Source: Candidatus Saccharimonadota bacterium
GTDB taxonomy: Bacteria > Patescibacteriota > Saccharimonadia > CAILAD01 > BJGX01
DNA: 64,000 nucleotides
Assembly (NCBI GenBank): GCA_016191105.1
Contig: JACPPH010000008.1
Location: forward strand, 2,667 to 66,666
Direction: 5' to 3'
Shown: positions 19,204-28,779 of the stretch, in pieces
How the letters are laid out: the number at the start of each line of letters is the position of its first letter
Position numbering within the stretch: position 1 is the stretch's first letter
Position numbers and translations under genes: made by a program
Notes under the pieces: model-generated
What the model saw: the letters and a program-made list of their open reading frames with translations, nothing else
The model's database searches: none
What the model was told of the DNA's origin: nothing

Positions 19204-20198
19204 TGAACAGGCGGATTACCATTACTATCATAAGCATTGTTGCGGTGCTAGCTCTAGCTGTCATAATAGTTATGCTTATATTAGTAACCCGGCAGCCTAG
19301 CACATTCAGCCTCAATGCTCAGATTGCCGACAGTGGTCGCATCCGCTTCGCTCAAGCTACCGCAAAAGGGCTGGTTTATACTAAATCCAACAACCTGTAT
19401 CTTATTAAAGACGGCACGCCTAGCTTGCTTGGCGCCCTGCCGGAATTTGATAGCTTTCAGGTTAATCAAGATGCAACTTTTGGAGCTGTCAAAAACAATT
19501 CCACTGTTCTAATTTACAACCTGTCCTCCTGGAAAGTTGTAGCTCAGTTTGAAGCTAAGTTCTTCAGCTGGATTGACAGCAATACATACCTGTATGGCAC
19601 TTTTGTTACGCCACCAAAAATTGCTGGTGGTGCCGAAAATTTATCTCAAAATCTTACTGTTAAAGATACCTCGGGTAGGCTTATAAATACCTATACTACA
19701 CCATTCTCGCCGATTGGCTTGCTACTAAGTAGCCCCACCAGCCTATATATATCAGCCAGCGGAAGTAAAGGCCTGCTTGAACTACAAATTTACAGGCTCG
19801 ACAGAACAAACGGCAGCCTGCAGACGATTCAACAGTTGCCAAATTTTAGTTTTAACCAATATAATCAATATGAGGCGGCACTATTACAAACTGGATCCAA
19901 TAGCGGTCCTGTGCAGCCATTCTCAACTAACGGCCTAAAAATCACCTCGCTGTTTCAGCCCTTATCTAACGTAGTTATGGTTAGCAAAGCCAGGCTTCTG
20001 TATGTAACTAGTAGAAATAACGTTGAGCTCCATAGTTTTGACCTAACCAACAATAAAGATCAGCTAATAGGCTATATTTCGATACCTGCTAGCACTGTAG
20101 TAAGTGGGGTGTATGTGATAAATAGTAGAATGTACATTACAGCTCAAAATCAAATCTTCTTCATCGGTTTAGACCCAATAAAGGGCTTGACACAATGA
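19203..20198 (+). CDS. Bitopic membrane protein (N-terminal TM plus a beta-rich periplasmic domain), T4SS operon member
   Basis: MNRRITITIISIVAVLALAVIIVMLILV is the N-terminal TM anchor. Confidence 0.5.
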   Translation: MNRRITITIISIVAVLALAVIIVMLILVTRQPSTFSLNAQIADSGRIRFAQATAKGLVYTKSNNLYLIKDGTPSLLGALPEFDSFQVNQDATFGAVKNNSTVLIYNLSSWKVVAQFEAKFFSWIDSNTYLYGTFVTPPKIAGGAENLSQNLTVKDTSGRLINTYTTPFSPIGLLLSSPTSLYISASGSKGLLELQIYRLDRTNGSLQTIQQLPNFSFNQYNQYEAALLQTGSNSGPVQPFSTNGLKITSLFQPLSNVVMVSKARLLYVTSRNNVELHSFDLTNNKDQLIGYISIPASTVVSGVYVINSRMYITAQNQIFFIGLDPIKGLTQ

Positions 20199-20310
20199 AC
20201 TATAGAGCGGCTGCCGTAGTAGATGATGCTCCGAGGGTAATTGAGGTGGGTTGCGCAAAGCCTGTTGCGCTTTGCGCAGCTACTCTTTTATCCATCCAGA
20301 GGCTCTTGCA

Positions 20311-22725
20311 ATGAGTCTGTTGCAAGCTGTTAGCCCTAAATTCATTAGGCCTATAGTTATGTTGGTTACTATATTATTTGTTTTAGTTTCTCCACTCCAG
20401 GCCGTTGCCGCCGCATCGCCCTCCTGGCGATACGAAGCCGAAAGAGCTAACTGGTGGGACAAAACCGACCTGCCGTGCGGCAAAACCTCAATTAATACGT
20501 CGGGCAGTTCTACGCTACCGGCAGACTTCCCTGAGCCAGCCCGAACAATCCTAACTAATGCCGCCAATACCGCCGGCACCAATGCTAACGTATTAGCCGC
20601 TATCTACATGAACGAACATGGTATAAACGAGTATCGCACCATACCCACCGACCGCAACGCCCTAAACGGCGGCGCGGTAAGCAGTGCGGGGGCGACCGGA
20701 CCGTTCCAAGTTCTCCCCGAACTGTGGAAGAGGGAATGGGGTGATATTAACAATTTCGAGGATGCTGCCAAAGCCGCCGCCCAAAATTGGCTCAAAAACG
20801 CCGCTAAAATAGGCCCTACGCCAGAGATCGGCGACCCCAACAACCCTAAAGAAGGTACGGTTGTCTTTGCATTTAAGACCTATAATCCTGGAAGTCAAAG
20901 TTATATAGAGGCCGGCCTTAAACGCTACCAGTCTTTGGGTGGCAGCACAAACAACGGGCAAACTTCTGGCCCCGCTGCTTTTTTAAACACCAAAGACCAG
21001 TTTAAGCCAGTTGCCCGAGCCGCTAGTGATGCTGGCAAGGTATTCTTTGTAGGCGACTCTATAGGTAGCGCCATTAAAGACAAGCTAAAAGAACAATACC
21101 CCAACATTGAATTTGACACCCTGCCCGGCCGTGGCTTAACTGGTGGGCCTGCTCAGTTTCAGCCCAATGGCATAGATGTGCTTAAGGCTAGTACCGACAA
21201 AATTAAGAACGCCGACACCGTGGTATTAGAGCTTGGCACAAACGCTTACGACGCCGCAAACTTTTCGGCCGATGTCGACAATGCTATTAACATAATCAAA
21301 CAGGCTAAAGACAGCGTGAAAATATACTGGATCGATTTGGCCGCCAATAGTCCGCAGTTTCAAAAGATAAACACCGAGGTCTATGGGCCTATGAATAAGA
21401 CCCTAATTGATAAGTCTAATTCTGGGAATTTTAAGCTAATATCGTGGTTTAAAACTGTGTACCCCGAAGGAGACCCAAGCCAGCCAGCACCTACTCTGGC
21501 CGATTCTAATAAACTGTTCAAAGCCGGCGACAATGTTCACCCGTCCAATCCAGATGGGGTCAATGCCTACGCTAGCCTGGTGGCCAATAACCTCAAAAGT
21601 GGTGGTGGCACCAACAATACCGTCAGCGCGTCGAACAATTGCCCGGCAGCTAATAGTGGTGGCTCGGGTAACTGCATAGACGATGGGGCAATTATGAAGG
21701 TGAATGATGCCACCAAGCTGGGTGAGGCAATTAATAAATACATAGAGCAAAACGGAGGAAAAGATGCACCCTTAAAAACCCTGGGCGCAAAGTTTGTAAG
21801 TGGTGCTATACGGCAAGGCGTGAATCCGTTTCTGATTGTTTCGATCGCGCAAAGAGAATCAAGCTTCGGTAAGGCAGTGCCAGGCAACAATAGTGAGTCG
21901 TACAACTCATTTGGGCTAACCGCCGCAAGCGGACAACCCTCAGTGTCAACCAACGGTAGAAACTGGTATAAATGGCCTAGCTGGGAACTTAGCCTAGATG
22001 GCGGTGGTAGCGAGTTTGATGAGCCCACTTATCTGAAAAAAAATTACCTAGATAAGGGCTTAACAAAGGTTGACCAAATTATGATGAAATATGCACCCCC
22101 AAGTGATGGCAATGATACGGCTGGTTACATCCAGGGCATTAAAGATGGCAACAAGAAAATGGTTGACTTGGCCGGCGATGCCATTAGTTGTGATGGCGGC
22201 GGCCAAGCCGTGCGATCGCTCAAAAATGCTACTGTGGTTAAATCTTTTGACGGCCCGCCTATTAATGTAAGCTCGATCGTAGTTCACTATACCGCTGGCC
22301 AATCTGCAGATGGTGCTAGTTTTGTTAATGCGATTAAGTCCAATAAAAGCTGCGGGCCTCAAGGCTGCTCGGTTCAGGTGTGGATTTCAGACCAAGGCCA
22401 GGTTTATCAGTTGGTAGACCCACTCAACACCTTTACTGAAAATGTTAATGACTTTAACAAGCACTCCATAGGCATAGAGATCGACGGCGCAGATGAAAAC
22501 GAGGTTATGAATAATAGTGTTCAGTTTGGAGCCGTAATCACGACAATCAAAGACTTGATGGAGATATTTAACATTAAGAATGAAATGGTTTGTGCCGAGC
22601 CCAACAGTAAGGGTATATTTGGTCATATGGAAGCCAACGATTGCATGAATCCGGTTCCGGGGCAAGGCCATCGCGACCCAGGAGCAAATTATATGGCAAA
22701 AATTAGACAGGCCTTAGGACAATGA
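20311..22725 (+). CDS. Multidomain peptidoglycan hydrolase (lysozyme-like + SGNH/GDSL hydrolase + SLT-like + Amidase_2/PGRP domains); ORF begins at 20251
   Basis: GDSIGS block of SGNH hydrolases. IAQRESSFG lytic-transglycosylase-like motif. C-terminal IVVHYTAG...SIGIEI Amidase_2 signature. Signal or TM N-terminus. AGAGG RBS before the ATG at 20311. Confidence 0.7.
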   Translation: MSLLQAVSPKFIRPIVMLVTILFVLVSPLQAVAAASPSWRYEAERANWWDKTDLPCGKTSINTSGSSTLPADFPEPARTILTNAANTAGTNANVLAAIYMNEHGINEYRTIPTDRNALNGGAVSSAGATGPFQVLPELWKREWGDINNFEDAAKAAAQNWLKNAAKIGPTPEIGDPNNPKEGTVVFAFKTYNPGSQSYIEAGLKRYQSLGGSTNNGQTSGPAAFLNTKDQFKPVARAASDAGKVFFVGDSIGSAIKDKLKEQYPNIEFDTLPGRGLTGGPAQFQPNGIDVLKASTDKIKNADTVVLELGTNAYDAANFSADVDNAINIIKQAKDSVKIYWIDLAANSPQFQKINTEVYGPMNKTLIDKSNSGNFKLISWFKTVYPEGDPSQPAPTLADSNKLFKAGDNVHPSNPDGVNAYASLVANNLKSGGGTNNTVSASNNCPAANSGGSGNCIDDGAIMKVNDATKLGEAINKYIEQNGGKDAPLKTLGAKFVSGAIRQGVNPFLIVSIAQRESSFGKAVPGNNSESYNSFGLTAASGQPSVSTNGRNWYKWPSWELSLDGGGSEFDEPTYLKKNYLDKGLTKVDQIMMKYAPPSDGNDTAGYIQGIKDGNKKMVDLAGDAISCDGGGQAVRSLKNATVVKSFDGPPINVSSIVVHYTAGQSADGASFVNAIKSNKSCGPQGCSVQVWISDQGQVYQLVDPLNTFTENVNDFNKHSIGIEIDGADENEVMNNSVQFGAVITTIKDLMEIFNIKNEMVCAEPNSKGIFGHMEANDCMNPVPGQGHRDPGANYMAKIRQALGQ

Positions 22726-23744
22726 GATCCAGACGCTTATTATTGCTAGTATTGGCGGCTCTAGTTATATTTATTGCTTTGGTAGCGTTAATCATAACGA
22801 TGCTAAGTAGGCCGTCAGTCAAAACAACCCAGCTGTTTGATACTGGTTCTTACTACCACATGGTAACCAACAACGGTGTGGTTACTTTTATCGACAACAA
22901 CAGTAATATCCAACGCTACAATGAAAGCTTGGCCAAAAAAGAGTTTATTGGCAGCGTAGCTATTGAGTACAAGCCGAAGCTGGCTGAAACAGGAGAATAC
23001 ATAGCCACCACAAAACCCAGCGGCCAAGCCTCCACTACCATAAGTAGACTGGATGTCTACAACGGCAATAGCTTGGATGGAAAAACAATCGTACCTTACA
23101 ACTATGTTAAGTGGGGGTTTGGCAACCAGCTACTTGGACTTTTGCCGCCCAACCGAGCTAGCCAGGGAGAAGGAGGGCCTTTCGAATCAACCATATATAG
23201 CGGCCAGCTCAACATAATAAATGCGGCTCAGCCAGGCCAAGCCTTAACTGCTTCGGATAGCAATATCCGGTTCGAAACAATTGCCTATGCCAACCAAGAC
23301 AAGCTAATAACTACCTCTACACAGACAGATGGCAGCATTACCCTAACCACCCTTGACGCCCGTAGCTGGCAACCTCTCGGGCAACAACGCCTGCCAAGTT
23401 TGGTTGAATATTACCAGGCAAAGCAGTTTTTCTTGTACCGCGAAAACAATAACTCCAACTTAGTGGTTTCTATGAACGCCGGCCAGCAGTTTACCACCAA
23501 GCTTCAAACTTCACCGTTTCTGGCTTACCCATTAGGAGGTAAGAGGCTAGCCGCTATAATAAAAAACAACGACCAAGCAAAATTAGTAGTATATAATTAC
23601 GAAGCCAACAAAACCACCAAGGAGATGGTATTGCCAGATTATGTATTCAAACCCAACCAGCTTGTTACTACAGATAAAAATGTATATATTTCTACAAAAG
23701 GTGGAATTTATATGGTAGAAAACTTTTTGGACGGCTTAAAATGA
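22722..23744 (+). CDS. Bitopic membrane protein (beta-propeller-like extracytoplasmic domain), T4SS operon member
   Basis: N-terminal TM MRSRRLLLLVLAALVIFIALVALIITML. Start overlaps the upstream stop (ATGA). Confidence 0.5.
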   Translation: MRSRRLLLLVLAALVIFIALVALIITMLSRPSVKTTQLFDTGSYYHMVTNNGVVTFIDNNSNIQRYNESLAKKEFIGSVAIEYKPKLAETGEYIATTKPSGQASTTISRLDVYNGNSLDGKTIVPYNYVKWGFGNQLLGLLPPNRASQGEGGPFESTIYSGQLNIINAAQPGQALTASDSNIRFETIAYANQDKLITTSTQTDGSITLTTLDARSWQPLGQQRLPSLVEYYQAKQFFLYRENNNSNLVVSMNAGQQFTTKLQTSPFLAYPLGGKRLAAIIKNNDQAKLVVYNYEANKTTKEMVLPDYVFKPNQLVTTDKNVYISTKGGIYMVENFLDGLK

Positions 23745-24355
23745 GAAGGTGGCTGATTGTGCTGGGCATACTGCTAACTATAGCTGTGGCGGGCGGGGCT
23801 TTGGCAGTTTATAGCTTTAACCGATCTGGCAAGTTTCGGGTGGTTGGCGGCTCTCCAAGCAACAAAAGCACCAATGTGCCGCCAGAGAACACGATTACAC
23901 TTGTGTTCTCTCAAGACCTCGACACCAACCAAGCCCAAACCTTTTTACAAACATCGCCCAGCCAGCTATTTGTAATGGAGTTGCAAAAAAATAAGTTAGT
24001 GCTAACACCGGCCAAGCCTTTGCAAGAAAAATCTCAATATTTGATTTCAATAAACAATATACGATCGACTCAGGGCCAGCAGACCAGCACTAGTATTTTA
24101 TTTACAACTGGAGTTAATAATTCGCCAAGAGCACAATTTATTAGGCTTTTACCATTCAGTGGCAGTGACTTTAATATATTCTATAACGAAAATTTAGACG
24201 GGTTCACGGTTCAAATATCGACCAAGTCGATGGACCAAGCCAAAGCCCAGGCTCTGCAGTACTTTCGAGACAACAATGTAGACCCTAACAAGCAAAGAAT
24301 TGATTTTCAGCAGCTGAGATACCTGCAGGGCAAAGGTGCTCCACCGCCCAACTAA
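23741..24355 (+). CDS. Bitopic membrane protein with an Ig-like (SbsA/Big-type) domain
   Basis: N-terminal TM, then VVGGSPSNKSTNVPPENTITLVFSQDLD, typical of the start of a bacterial Ig-like domain. ATGA coupling with the upstream gene. Confidence 0.45.
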   Translation: MRRWLIVLGILLTIAVAGGALAVYSFNRSGKFRVVGGSPSNKSTNVPPENTITLVFSQDLDTNQAQTFLQTSPSQLFVMELQKNKLVLTPAKPLQEKSQYLISINNIRSTQGQQTSTSILFTTGVNNSPRAQFIRLLPFSGSDFNIFYNENLDGFTVQISTKSMDQAKAQALQYFRDNNVDPNKQRIDFQQLRYLQGKGAPPPN

Positions 24356-24368
24356 TCACAAACTAAAC

Positions 24369-24641
24369 TTATCTAATTAATACTCTTATACTTTTTAGCT
24401 GCTGGTCGGAGCACAATATTTGACCCGTTTTAAGCACTATCTCGGCAGTATGTAGCCTGATTTCGCTGGCAGCCACCGAGCTTTCTACGGCCAGGGTCGC
24501 TGTTTGGTGCTGCAAACGAACAACCCTAGCGCTAACCCCTGTAATATCTAGGGTAGCTTTTTTTATGGCCTCCATAGCGGTTAGTTGGTTGGAGCCGATT
24601 GAGCTAGAGCGCCTTTGCAAGATATCTTTAATACCTTCCAT
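24369..24641 (-). CDS. DUF721/DciA-like small protein
   Basis: 90-aa protein immediately downstream of recF, the usual position of the DUF721 gene (yaaB / dciA-like). Assignment rests on position and size only. Confidence 0.45.
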   Translation of the reverse strand: MEGIKDILQRRSSSIGSNQLTAMEAIKKATLDITGVSARVVRLQHQTATLAVESSVAASEIRLHTAEIVLKTGQILCSDQQLKSIRVLIR

Positions 24642-24643
24642 TA

Positions 24644-25717
24644 TTAGGTTTTTGCGCCGCTTAGATCAATTAGCTGATAGTCTTTGAGCTCAGTTTGAGG
24701 GGCTTCGGTGGTGGTTATGAAGGTTTGATGGGAATTAATAGCTTTTATTAAATGCTTACGCCGACTGGCGTCGAGTTCGCTAAATACATCGTCTAGCAAT
24801 AATATCGGCTCCTTTTGTAGCTGCTCCTCCATGTATTCCAGCTCCGCCAGCTTAAGTGCGAGTAGTAGTGAGCGCATCTCGCCTCTGGAGGCGGCTACTT
24901 GTCGCTTTTTTTCGATTAACTTTAGTTCAAAGTCGTCACGGTGTGGCCCCACCAAGGTATGGGCTGCAGCTTGATCACGTATGTGACTGTTGGCGTATTG
25001 GCTCAGGGTATTTGCTGCTGGGTCCAGGTTTGGCAGATAGAATGTTTTTGGCCGCCGGGATTCTTTGTCGGCTAAAATAATGTATTTAGATTGCACTGTT
25101 TTAACTATGCTAGTTAAGAATTTTAGGCGGGTCTGGGTTATATACTCGGCGGGCTCGACCAACTGAACGTCGTACACAAACAGGTGGTCGGCTATGCTTT
25201 GCTTAGCTTGGTGTCTAGCCTGCATAAGCAGGCTGTTGCGTTGGGTTATTAGTTTTTTGTAATTACGCAGCTGCTCCAGATAAATATTATCCGTCTGCGA
25301 CAGCACTACGTCGAGATACTTACGCCGTTGGCTTGGTGGGCCGGTCAATAGATTCATGTCGTTAGGCTCAAATAGTACGGCCGGGCTCAAACCTACCACC
25401 GAGCTTAGCGGCCTACGCTTGCCATTTAGCTTGGCTAGCTTATGAACTGTTGGTTTGTCACTTAAGAGAGTGGTGTAGTGCATATCAATCCGATCCTTGT
25501 CGTATTGAGCCTGTAAGCTATAATACGGTTTTGTATACTGTATTAGCTCGGCATCTGAACCACGAAATGACTTAGTGGTAGCTAGCACAAAAATAGATTC
25601 TATCAAGTTGGTTTTACCAACCGCATTGGGCCCAGCAATAACAATTAGATTACTATCAAATTCTATAGTCAGGCTAGTGTAAGAACGAAAATATTGAAGA
25701 CTTAAGGCTTTGAGCAT
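24644..25717 (-). CDS. recF: DNA replication and repair protein RecF
   Basis: N-terminal Walker A GPNAVGKTNLIESI, an SMC-like layout and its position after dnaN. Confidence 0.92.
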   Translation of the reverse strand: MLKALSLQYFRSYTSLTIEFDSNLIVIAGPNAVGKTNLIESIFVLATTKSFRGSDAELIQYTKPYYSLQAQYDKDRIDMHYTTLLSDKPTVHKLAKLNGKRRPLSSVVGLSPAVLFEPNDMNLLTGPPSQRRKYLDVVLSQTDNIYLEQLRNYKKLITQRNSLLMQARHQAKQSIADHLFVYDVQLVEPAEYITQTRLKFLTSIVKTVQSKYIILADKESRRPKTFYLPNLDPAANTLSQYANSHIRDQAAAHTLVGPHRDDFELKLIEKKRQVAASRGEMRSLLLALKLAELEYMEEQLQKEPILLLDDVFSELDASRRKHLIKAINSHQTFITTTEAPQTELKDYQLIDLSGAKT

Positions 25718-25719
25718 AC

Positions 25720-26820
25720 TTAGCTGCGTAAGGGCATAATTATATGCAAGAGTTGGTTGGATTTTTGAGTTGGTCTTACTAGAACAGGGTCGAGCTTGGT
25801 ATTAAATTCTAGACTTACCTGGTCACTGTTTAGGGTTTGAATCACATCTAGTAAGTATTTGGCATTGAGTGATATTTCTAAATTGTTGCCCGTGGTCTTA
25901 CAATCTACTGTAGCATCGTTGGTGCCAACATGGGCTGCCGTAGTGTGTAGTTTAAGCTTGTCTCGGGACACATTAAGCTGAATGGTATGTGCAGCACCTT
26001 GAGCAAATATGGAGGCTAGCTTAACATTACTTAACAGCTGTTGCCGGTTCACTTGGACTTTGGTTTTACTACTGGTTGGAATAATCTTGGTGTAGTCTGG
26101 ATATTTGCCCTCAATAAGTTGGCTGGTAATTACAGTATCATCAAAGCTAAAGGCCAGCTCTGTCTCGCCAATCTGGAGTTCTACCTCGCCCTCCTGGTCG
26201 TCTGCCCCAGCAGACCGCTGTACCTCTTGAGCAGTGCGTAAGGGGACTATCAGGCCTTGCTCATAACGATTATCTAATCCAATTTTATTTTCTGCTAATC
26301 TATAGCTGTCAGTGGCCGCTAACGTCAGGGCTCCCTTAGTAAACAACATATAAACTCCTGCTAGTACAGGCCTTGATTCGTCTAGACTAGCCGCTACCGT
26401 TACAGTGCTTAAAGCACCTGTGAGCTGTTTAGCTGGTATTTTTAATGTGGTTTTAGGAGCTATCTTGGGTATCTGTGGAAACTCACTAGCTGCTATGCCA
26501 TTCAAACTAGAGTTTATGCTGTCTGTTTGTATAACCAAATTGTCTTTGTTGCTGCTAAGTTGTATTTTACCAGGGGGTAGCTGGCTAACCAGTTCACCAA
26601 AAAGGCGAGCGGGTACACTGAGCTTACCTTCTTTTTCTACCTTGGCACCAATTGTTTGGCTAATAGCTATTTCTAGATTGGTTGCTTGCAGTTCCACACC
26701 CTGCTTAGTAGCATTTATTAAGATATTAGATAGAACAGGTAAACTAGTCCGCGTTGCTATTGCCCGGCTAAGTATAGTTAAAGCATTTTGCATATTTTCT
26801 TGTAAGACCGAAAACTTCAT
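25720..26820 (-). CDS. dnaN: DNA polymerase III beta sliding clamp
   Basis: 366 aa with MKFSVLQENMQNALTILSRAI..., directly downstream of dnaA. Confidence 0.93.
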   Translation of the reverse strand: MKFSVLQENMQNALTILSRAIATRTSLPVLSNILINATKQGVELQATNLEIAISQTIGAKVEKEGKLSVPARLFGELVSQLPPGKIQLSSNKDNLVIQTDSINSSLNGIAASEFPQIPKIAPKTTLKIPAKQLTGALSTVTVAASLDESRPVLAGVYMLFTKGALTLAATDSYRLAENKIGLDNRYEQGLIVPLRTAQEVQRSAGADDQEGEVELQIGETELAFSFDDTVITSQLIEGKYPDYTKIIPTSSKTKVQVNRQQLLSNVKLASIFAQGAAHTIQLNVSRDKLKLHTTAAHVGTNDATVDCKTTGNNLEISLNAKYLLDVIQTLNSDQVSLEFNTKLDPVLVRPTQKSNQLLHIIMPLRS

Positions 26821-27117
26821 TATTCAAACCTCCTCTTACTAATTACTGTTGTATTAGATATATATAGGTAGCAGCAGTATAGGGTGGTGTGGATAGTATG
26901 TATAACACTAGTTTTGGCTTTTATATAAGTATTTATTAAATACTTATATAATGTAAAACTTGCGCATTTAGGGTGTATAAAAAAAACAAAAGCACTTAGT
27001 TCTACACAATTACCAAAAATCTTAAATGTCAATATGTGTTTAAATTGTGTAGAAAGCTTAATCATGTAAACAGACTGTACACAACTTATCAACATAGTTA
27101 TCCACAAATCTAACATG
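26821..27117. other. Predicted oriC segment (dnaA-dnaN intergenic): DnaA boxes plus an AT-rich unwinding element
   Basis: Perfect TTATCCACA at 27098-27106. CTATCCACA (rc) at 26888-26896. Further 2-mismatch boxes at 27000-27008 and 27044-27052. AT-rich tract at 26920-26960. Confidence 0.7.
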
Positions 27118-28482
27118 CTATTTTTTGGCCATCTCTTCGGCCAACTTATTAATGTCGCCCCCTAATTGAGTGTCTTGGGTTAGAGCGGCTTGTATTTTTT
27201 TAACCCCGTGCATAATAGTAGTGTGATCTTTCTTACCGAGAGAACTAGCAATCTTAGGAAAGCTCATACCAAGCTTACTGCGCATAATGTACATAGCTAC
27301 TTGTCTTGGTACGACAACATCTTTGTCTCGTTTGGTGCTAACTATGTCTTTAAAACTAATATCAAAGTAATCCGCACACAGCTCCAGTACTACCTTGGGC
27401 TTGATTTTCTTGGGCTGATTGTTGGTGTGTTCACCCAGCAACTGCTTAGCTAACTCTAAATCTACCGGCCTGTTATGAGCCAGACTGTAAGCACCCAACT
27501 TTATAAGTGCACCCTCAAGCTCGCGAATATTACGTTCTACAATTTGAGCAATAAACTCGGCAACATCGGGTGAGAGATTAATTTTTTGCGCCTGGGCCTT
27601 ATTAAGCAGAATGGCCACCCTGGTTTCGTAGTCGGGCGGTTGAATATCGGCCACCATGCCCCATTCAAACCGACTGCGCAGACGATCCTCAAGAGTCGGG
27701 ATCTCCTTGGGCGGACGATCGCTGCACAAGACAATTTGCTTGCCGCGCTGGTGCAGGGCGTTGAAAGTGTGAAAAAATTCCTCTTTGGTTTTTTCGGCAC
27801 TGGCTATAAACTGCATATCATCGACCAATAAAACATCAACCGAGCGATACTTGTTGGTAAACTTCTCGCCTTTTCGAATAGCTCCCACGAAGCTATTTAT
27901 GAACTCCTCGCTAGTGACATATAGAGTTTGAGTGCTGGGATCACGCTTAATTATCTCGGTCGATATAGCCGACATTAGATGGGTTTTACCAACACCAGCC
28001 GGCCCATATATAAAAAGCGGATTGTAGGCATCGCCAGGCCGCTCAACCACCAGCTGGGCGGCCGAAAAAGCCAGCCGATTGCTAGCACCTACAATGAAAT
28101 TATCAAAACTATAGCGCTGCAACGGCCTTTGAAACGAGGATCTCTTTATAGACCTGAGCTCAGAAGCAATAGGCGAGCTAGACGATTTAGGTTCAATGGT
28201 TTGTGTAGACCCTGGCTTTTGTGAGCCCTGCTTTGAGCGAGTGGTATAAGTCAGTTCTTTGACAGAGCTGTCGGCATTTTGCAAAGCTGCTAGTATTTGT
28301 TCATGATACTTACGAGCTATCCAGTCGCGGTTAAATATATTGGGCACAAATACCACAGCCACACCATTTTTAATAGAATCTAGGCGGGTGCCCTTGAGCC
28401 ATGTACCATAATTAGCCTGAGACAAAACCACCTCAAGCTCTCCTAGCACCGACTTCCAAACCGTAGCATAGGTGTTATCCAC
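27118..28482 (-). CDS. dnaA: Chromosomal replication initiator DnaA
   Basis: AAA+ Walker A GPAGVGKTHL, Walker B LLVDDMQF and the C-terminal DnaA-box-binding helix-turn-helix. Confidence 0.96.
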   Translation of the reverse strand: MDNTYATVWKSVLGELEVVLSQANYGTWLKGTRLDSIKNGVAVVFVPNIFNRDWIARKYHEQILAALQNADSSVKELTYTTRSKQGSQKPGSTQTIEPKSSSSPIASELRSIKRSSFQRPLQRYSFDNFIVGASNRLAFSAAQLVVERPGDAYNPLFIYGPAGVGKTHLMSAISTEIIKRDPSTQTLYVTSEEFINSFVGAIRKGEKFTNKYRSVDVLLVDDMQFIASAEKTKEEFFHTFNALHQRGKQIVLCSDRPPKEIPTLEDRLRSRFEWGMVADIQPPDYETRVAILLNKAQAQKINLSPDVAEFIAQIVERNIRELEGALIKLGAYSLAHNRPVDLELAKQLLGEHTNNQPKKIKPKVVLELCADYFDISFKDIVSTKRDKDVVVPRQVAMYIMRSKLGMSFPKIASSLGKKDHTTIMHGVKKIQAALTQDTQLGGDINKLAEEMAKK

Positions 28483-28644
28483 AACTCACCCCCTAAACAC
28501 GCATTATTACTTAACTATATATAACAATCATATGGTTTTCCACAGTTTTTTGCAAAAAAAGCTCTGAGTACCCTAAAAGGGGTGGATAACTTAGGACTTA
28601 TACCGATTGATTTACTAGGTAATATCAGGTACAATATTGAGATT
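28483..28644. promoter_or_regulatory. dnaA upstream region carrying additional DnaA boxes (second oriC segment / dnaA autoregulation)
   Basis: TTTTCCACA at 28535-28543 and TTATCCACC (rc) at 28582-28590, both one mismatch from the consensus. Confidence 0.55.
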
Positions 28645-28779
28645 ATGAAACAGACATACCAACCTAAAAAACGCTATCGCAGTCGCGTACACGGCTTCAT
28701 GAAGCGCATGAGCACACGAGCTGGCCAAGCCGTTATTAAGCGGCGCCGAGCTAAAGGTCGAAAACGAGTTACGGCCTAA
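28645..28779 (+). CDS. rpmH: 50S ribosomal protein L34
   Basis: [44 protein letters not shown]. The longer ORF starting at GTG 28582 was rejected. Confidence 0.92.
   Translation: MKQTYQPKKRYRSRVHGFMKRMSTRAGQAVIKRRRAKGRKRVTA

Noticed and set aside
24856-25080. 74-aa plus-strand ORF inside recF
   Set aside because: Antisense to recF.
28582-28779. Longer rpmH ORF starting at GTG 28582 ([10 protein letters not shown]...)
   Set aside because: L34 is a conserved 44-46-aa protein that begins MKQTYQP. The extension would overlap a DnaA box and the dnaA promoter region.
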